Origin: Planctomycetota bacterium
Lineage (GTDB): Bacteria; Planctomycetota; UBA8108; SXIK01
NCBI GenBank assembly: GCA_965223845.1
Contig: CBDCXR010000004.1
Coordinates: forward strand, 7,040,001 to 7,104,000
DNA length: 64,000 nucleotides
Direction of reading: 5' to 3'
Numbering within the stretch: position 1 is the stretch's first letter; each line of letters opens with the position of its first letter. Position numbers and translations under genes: made by a program. Below, piece after piece: positions 58,975 through 64,000 of this stretch. A model generated the notes under the pieces. That model was not told where the DNA came from and ran no database searches. It was given only the letters and a program-made list of their open reading frames with translations.

Positions 58975-59782
58975 GATCTCGAGGCGTCGGGTGGTCGGGC
59001 CGAGGAGCCCGCGAAGTCCAGCGGTGCGCTCCGAGACGGCGGCGCGCAAGCGGTGCGCGGCATCGCGAAGCGTTCGAGGGTCAGCCCCCCAAACTGAACA
59101 GTCTAACTCGCAGTTCACCGCGTGCATGAGATTTAACCGCTGGTCTACGGGTTCCTCCGGTCGAGCTCGAGTCGTGCTTCGATCCCCGTCGCATCCGGGG
59201 CGGTCCCGGGGGCTGTCGGTTCGTGCTCGTGCTCACCAGTTCCGACGAGGCCCGAGACCGCTTATTCACCCTGGTTTCCGGGGATTTCTCGGACGAACCG
59301 CCGCGGAGGAGCCCGTCGCAACCGGGCGGCTGATCGCCTCGCGGCTGGCGGACTCGAGGCCGAGCGGGTCCCGAGATGTGTTCGCTGAATGTTTGGACTC
59401 CGCTACGCCTTCGTTTTGGCGCTCGCGACGCAAACCAGTCCGAGCAAGAGGGTTACAGGTTCCGTACGGAATTTGTTTGCTCTCTGCTAGGGTGTCTGGT
59501 AGGAAATCGGGCGCTCGCAAATGCCGGGTCGTGTCCTCGCGGCCGACCACATCGTTTCCCGGCTGGCGCTCGAGCGAACGAGATCGCCGGCGCCACCGGG
59601 CGAATGAAGCCGAGCCGGGGAGTTCTAGCGCACGTCCGGGATGCGCCCGGAGTCCGGGCACCGTCGATCCCGCCCTCGTGTGCCCCTCCCCTTCGACAGA
59701 ACCACGATTCAACCTATCCGCGTCCCTACACCCCCAAGCGGTAGGTCCCTCCTTTTTCCTCGTTTATTTCAGACCCAAACTG

Positions 59783-59819
59783 CTCCTCGCTGCGTAGGGA
59801 CGGCGAGGAGTTTTTTTTT
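59783..59819 (+). terminator. intrinsic terminator
   Basis: Stem CTCCTCGCTG / CGGCGAGGAG (10 bp, one G-U), 8-nt loop, then nine T. Confidence 0.8.
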
Positions 59820-59964
59820 GCCCGGATCGCGTCGTCGAGGCCGACGCGCTCTCTCCAACCCGCAGGAACGCGTTCCGCGCGGGAATCGTTGACGGGCGCG
59901 CGTCGCTCGTCACACTGTTCCATCGACTCTTTCTGGACCTTCGGCCTGATCTTCGAGCTGCCTC

Positions 59965-60462
59965 ATGGCGCGAAACTTCAGTCTATTGGCTCTCTCGGTT
60001 CTCGTCGGGTGTGTCGATCGGCCGACCGACGCGGTCCGACTCGAGGTGGAGGACATCCTCGACAGCGAAGAGCAGCGCATCGTGCTCATCCGCGTGTACG
60101 CCGATCCCGGCCTCTACGTCGAGGCGGGCATCGACATTCTCGCGGCGAGCCCGCCGACTCGCGTGCAGAGCGCGCTGGCGTCCGAGGGCTCACGCTCCGA
60201 GGGCGAAGCGACCGTACTCGTGACCGCCACACGGGTCGAGGACCGAGCTGGGAACGCGATCGTTCGCGTGCTCGTGAGAACGTCGACGAGCGGCGGGAGC
60301 GCCGGAGGACCGTCGACGTCGTTCCCGCCCGGGGATGCTCCGCTGAAGGACTTCATCGAGGTCGTGGCGAGCTCCGGAACGTACACGGTGGGCGATCTCG
60401 TTTCGCTCGGCACGGTTCGCGGAAAACCGCTTCAGCTGCGAGTGAGGAAGCCGGGCGATTGA
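59965..60462 (+). CDS. lipoprotein, hypothetical
   Basis: FSLLALSVLVGC lipobox; TTGACG..CACACT promoter-like element at 59889-59916. Confidence 0.65.
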   Translation: MARNFSLLALSVLVGCVDRPTDAVRLEVEDILDSEEQRIVLIRVYADPGLYVEAGIDILAASPPTRVQSALASEGSRSEGEATVLVTATRVEDRAGNAIVRVLVRTSTSGGSAGGPSTSFPPGDAPLKDFIEVVASSGTYTVGDLVSLGTVRGKPLQLRVRKPGD

Positions 60463-60504
60463 AGACGGTCGCGCGCCGCCGGGCTGCTTTCCGAACGGTG
60501 ATTC

Positions 60505-61953
60505 ATGGCTTGGGCCCAATTCGATCGACTCCAGCGAGCCGTCCTCGAGTCGGATCTCGACGCGCTCCCGACCTTCCGTCGGTGGGTGCTCTCGCTCGCG
60601 CGTCTCGCGGTTCAAACCGCGACCGAGTTCCGCCGCGACCGCGGATTCGAGCGCGCCGCGACGCTCTCCTTCGTCTCGATCCTCTCGCTGATCCCGCTCG
60701 CGATCCTCTTCTTTAGCTTCACCAATCTCGTCGGCGTCTCGAACGAGATCGTCGCCTACGCGAAGTCCCATCTCTTTCCGCTGGCCGCTCCCGACTTCAC
60801 GGAGCAGCTGAGCGTGTGGATCGACGAGTACCTCGTCCAGCAGCAGGCGTTTAAGGACAGCTTCGCCAGCGTGATGGGGCTCGCGGCGGTTGTCGCGCTC
60901 GTTCCGGCCGCGCTCGGCGTTTTCGTCACGGCGGAGAAGGCGTTTCAGCGGATCTGGAACCATCGCGGGAGTCGAACTTTCGTCCAGCGGTTCGCGACGT
61001 TTTGGATCGTTCTCACGACGAGCCCCTTCATCTTGATCGCGTCGACCTGGCTCCTCGAGTACTTCCAGAAGGACGGCGGTTGGATCGACCGCATGACGCT
61101 CGCCCACGGCTACGGCTATCTCGACGTGACGAACGGTCTTCTCACCGTCGGCGTGCGGCTTCTCTACGGCGTCCTCGTTCCGGTGTTCGTGGCCTACGTC
61201 GCGTTTACGCTCCTCTATATCTACCTCCCCGCGGCATCCGTTCGCCTCCGGAGCGCGTGTGTCGGTGGATTCGTCGCGGCGGTGGCGTGGGAGGTCGTCC
61301 GCCGAAGCTTCTTCCTCTACGTCGAACGGACGGACTCGCTCTACGCGGATCTCGCGACGATTCCCCTCGCCCTCGTTTGGCTCTACGTCAATTGGCTGAT
61401 CGTGCTCGTCGGCTGCGAGGTGACGTACGTCCACCAGGGGGGGCTGCGCCCGAGGGGTGAAGCGGAGGAGCGTTGGTCGTCGTCTCCCCTCGCGGCGGGC
61501 TTCGCGTATCTCGAGGTCGTCGGTCGAGCGTTCTCCCGCGGCGAGGCGGTTCCGTCCTTCGACCGCGTCGTCGAGACCACCGGGCTCGGGAGGACCGAGC
61601 TCGACGCCGCAGCCGGTGCGCTCGTGCGCGACGGGATCCTCGTCCCGATCGCGGCGGGCGAGAGTCGCTACGGGCTCGCCTGCGCTCTCGAGACCATCTC
61701 TCTCGACCGAGTGAAGCGCGCTCTCTGCCGCGACGACGCAGCCCTCCGTTCGGCTCTTTGTCCCGCTTCGGGCGTAGAGGCTTCCGCGGAGGGGGACCTC
61801 GCCCCGAGCCGGATGGTTCTCGAGCGCGCGGCCGACGCCTTCAGCGACGTCCTCTCGACTCGCACGCTCGCCGACGTCGTCTCGACCGACGCGTCGACGG
61901 CAGTTGCGCCGGCGAGCGAACCGGGAATCTCCCGGGAAAAACGCGGCGCGTAG
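60505..61953 (+). CDS. YihY/BrkB family membrane protein with C-terminal winged-helix-like domain
   Basis: RAATLSFVSILSLIPL, EKAFQRIW, LLYIYLP, LVWLYVNWLIVLVGCE. Confidence 0.88.
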   Translation: MAWAQFDRLQRAVLESDLDALPTFRRWVLSLARLAVQTATEFRRDRGFERAATLSFVSILSLIPLAILFFSFTNLVGVSNEIVAYAKSHLFPLAAPDFTEQLSVWIDEYLVQQQAFKDSFASVMGLAAVVALVPAALGVFVTAEKAFQRIWNHRGSRTFVQRFATFWIVLTTSPFILIASTWLLEYFQKDGGWIDRMTLAHGYGYLDVTNGLLTVGVRLLYGVLVPVFVAYVAFTLLYIYLPAASVRLRSACVGGFVAAVAWEVVRRSFFLYVERTDSLYADLATIPLALVWLYVNWLIVLVGCEVTYVHQGGLRPRGEAEERWSSSPLAAGFAYLEVVGRAFSRGEAVPSFDRVVETTGLGRTELDAAAGALVRDGILVPIAAGESRYGLACALETISLDRVKRALCRDDAALRSALCPASGVEASAEGDLAPSRMVLERAADAFSDVLSTRTLADVVSTDASTAVAPASEPGISREKRGA

Positions 61954-62254
61954 ATATATAATTCCGGCGCTTTTTCGCGCCGAGCGCGGTCTCCGCGTGC
62001 CGCGACCCGCGAGTCTTCGATCGTGCATCGGGCTTCCGCGGGCGAGGCGGGGAGATTTCGAGGAGGAGACCAGTCAGTCGGGGGGGCCGCGATCAGGGAC
62101 GACGATCGGGCGGTGACCGCGTTTGGGGACGGGTCGGGCGCAGCGTGAGACCGGAGCGCTCATCCGATTTCGCGGGCGAGGAACGGCCGAATTCGATCGG
62201 GCTCGGAAGCACCGATCCCGCACAGCTTGCAGAGTGTGAAGAGTGGCACGCGCG

Positions 62255-64000
62255 ATGGAATCATTCGACGATCCCGGATCCGCATCGCTCGCTCCGACGG
62301 AAGACGAGGACGCGGCGGCGGAAGCCGGCCGCGAGTCGCCGTTCAGCGAGAGCTTTCAGTTCCGTGACGACGAGCGCACCGGGATGGAGGCGCTCTTTGC
62401 CCGCGCGTTCTTCGACACCCCCTTTACGACGCTCACTCGAGCGGCGATCGAACGCACTCGATTCGTACCCGGTGCGGGCGAGGCCGTCGAGTCCGCTCCG
62501 GCGAGTCCCGTCGTCGATCCGCCGAAGGAGGCATCATCTGAGAGTTCCGCCGACGCGGGATCCCCGGACCGGAAGCCGTCCGCCGGCGAAGCGCCGGCGG
62601 ACGCTCGCGAGCAGCCGCGCTACGTCGTCCTCTACCGCGGCGCGAACGGCATCGGGAAGACACGCACGTTTCGCCAGGTCCGAGCGAGCGCTCGCGAGCG
62701 AAAGATCCCGATCTACGAAGTGCACTACCACGACGTCGAGGGAATCCCGTTCAAGCCGTTTCTTCACGCGATCCGCGCGATCCTTCGCGATCACGATCGG
62801 GGCTCGGTCCTCCAGGACAAGTACCGCTACGCGCTCGAAGGGTTGATCCCCGAGCTCTTCGGCGAGAAGAACGGAAGCGACATCGGCGAGTGGATTCCGC
62901 CCGAAAAGCTCGAGGCGGAGAAAGTCAGGCTGTTCGACGGCATCACGCAGCTCCTCCTCGAGGTGACGGCTCAGCGACCGCTCCTCCTTCTCGTTCACGA
63001 TCTTCATTGGAGCGATGTCCCGACGATCGAGTTGCTCCGCTACATCGGGCGCAATCTCGACCTGCGCAACCGCCCACCGGAGCGAACCCGGCCCGCGATC
63101 ATCGCACCACTCGACGGCGGGCTCGACCTCGACGCGCTCGGAGAAGACGGAGAGGCCTGGGGAACGCTCTCCCGCGGCACGATGCAGAGCGGCGACTACG
63201 TCTCGAATCTTGCGCGGCTCGCAGACGGCACCGATCGTCAGACCATGCCGCCCGCGCGGCTGATGATCCTCGCCAACTACCGCGGCTTCGAAGCTCGCGA
63301 TCACTACCTCGAGCGCTCGATCGTCGCGCTCGGACAGGAATCCTTCGCGTTTCACGGCGAGCTTCGCCTCCTGCGGGAGGAAGAAGCCGATCAGTTCGTG
63401 GAGCGCGCGGTCGACGGGGTCGAGGTCGAGGGGCGGGCGCTCTCGGTCGAGTCCAATGCCGTCGATCTCATCTACGAAGTTTCCGAGGGCTTCCCGAGCT
63501 ACTCGAAGGAGCTGCTCCGCGCGCTCTACTACGATCGCCATCTCTCCGATCTGAGCCGAGCCGGGGACGGCGTGTGGTCGGCCGAGCGGCTCCGTGCGGC
63601 GCTCGACCGCGCGCAGCCGGCCGACGCGTCGAGCTCGGGTCCGAGCGACCGCGCGGGCGAAGCGGGCGACGAAGCCGAAGGATCGAGCGCGAGCGCTGCG
63701 GCGGCGGCGCCCGCTCCCGACGGGTCCGGCGAAGCGCCCGCGGAGGACCGCGCACGCGCGGCGACTCGCCGCGATCTCATCCTGAAGCTTCGGCTCCGCG
63801 GTGCGAGCGAAGACGAGCTCGGCGTGCTCCGCGTGCTCGCGATCGCACGGCGGCCGCTCACTGCCGACATCGTGAGCGGCGTCATCGCGAGCGACGTCGA
63901 CGTCGTTCCAGTCTTCGAGGGTCTCGTCGGGCGCGGAGTTCTCGAGAAGAGCGAGGGCGGCGACGACGCTCCACGCTATTTCTTCCGCCTGTGGGACTAC
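62255..64000 (+). CDS. STAND-class (AAA_16-like) ATPase, runs off window end
   Basis: Absent from the ORF track because it has no stop. Manual translation: MESFDDPG..YVVLYRGANGIGKT (Walker A, 62639-62662)..LLLLVHDLHWSD..SEGFP..VLAIARRP; open to 64000. Confidence 0.85.
   Translation, partial: MESFDDPGSASLAPTEDEDAAAEAGRESPFSESFQFRDDERTGMEALFARAFFDTPFTTLTRAAIERTRFVPGAGEAVESAPASPVVDPPKEASSESSADAGSPDRKPSAGEAPADAREQPRYVVLYRGANGIGKTRTFRQVRASARERKIPIYEVHYHDVEGIPFKPFLHAIRAILRDHDRGSVLQDKYRYALEGLIPELFGEKNGSDIGEWIPPEKLEAEKVRLFDGITQLLLEVTAQRPLLLLVHDLHWSDVPTIELLRYIGRNLDLRNRPPERTRPAIIAPLDGGLDLDALGEDGEAWGTLSRGTMQSGDYVSNLARLADGTDRQTMPPARLMILANYRGFEARDHYLERSIVALGQESFAFHGELRLLREEEADQFVERAVDGVEVEGRALSVESNAVDLIYEVSEGFPSYSKELLRALYYDRHLSDLSRAGDGVWSAERLRAALDRAQPADASSSGPSDRAGEAGDEAEGSSASAAAAAPAPDGSGEAPAEDRARAATRRDLILKLRLRGASEDELGVLRVLAIARRPLTADIVSGVIASDVDVVPVFEGLVGRGVLEKSEGGDDAPRYFFRLWDY

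Noticed and set aside
59417-59432. GG-N10-GC sigma-54-like site TGGCGCTCGCGACGCA
   Set aside because: Spacing fits but the match is weak and expected by chance at this GC content.
62244-62258. TGGCACG sigma-54-like site before the STAND gene
   Set aside because: Lacks GC at the -12 position and overlaps the start codon.
1-64000. Abundant TCGA, CGATCG and CGCG palindromes
   Set aside because: They appear uniform across the window and fit codon usage (CTC GAG, ATC GAC); enrichment cannot be claimed without a Markov-model test.

Overview
High-GC bacterial chromosomal segment, most likely from a Planctomycetota genome (inference from the planctomycete-style C-terminal dockerin, HEAT+vWA and carboxypeptidase-regulatory-like proteins, rpoZ type and separate coaC/coaB). 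It is mostly housekeeping: rluB, rpoN, a PP2C/anti-sigma/STAS partner-switching trio, pgsA, rimO, ftsK, coaB/coaC, rpoZ, gmk, yicC, secG, tpiA, tsaB, mutY, 2-oxoacid dehydrogenase E1 alpha/beta, mutS, uvrC, trmB, ispH, plsC, rsmD, rluD and an ECF sigma/anti-sigma pair. Many lipoproteins and secreted proteins are interspersed. I saw no mobile element, CRISPR array, rRNA or tRNA. The standout is a 927-aa FHA-Ser/Thr kinase (39600..42383) whose catalytic domain is split between the catalytic loop (HSDIKPAN) and the DFG motif by a ~510-aa insert. The insert looks like a complete but degenerate STAND/NLR-type NTPase module, and a free-standing STAND ATPase gene with similar motifs starts at the window end. 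Other leads are a 3x51-bp Tyr/acidic repeat in the FtsK linker, a stand-alone MshEN (c-di-GMP-binding) protein, a candidate structured sRNA with complementary loops divergent from the ECF sigma gene, a 61-aa CxxC/CxxC microprotein and a degenerate GxxExxY nuclease. All annotations come from motif recognition by eye; no searches were run.
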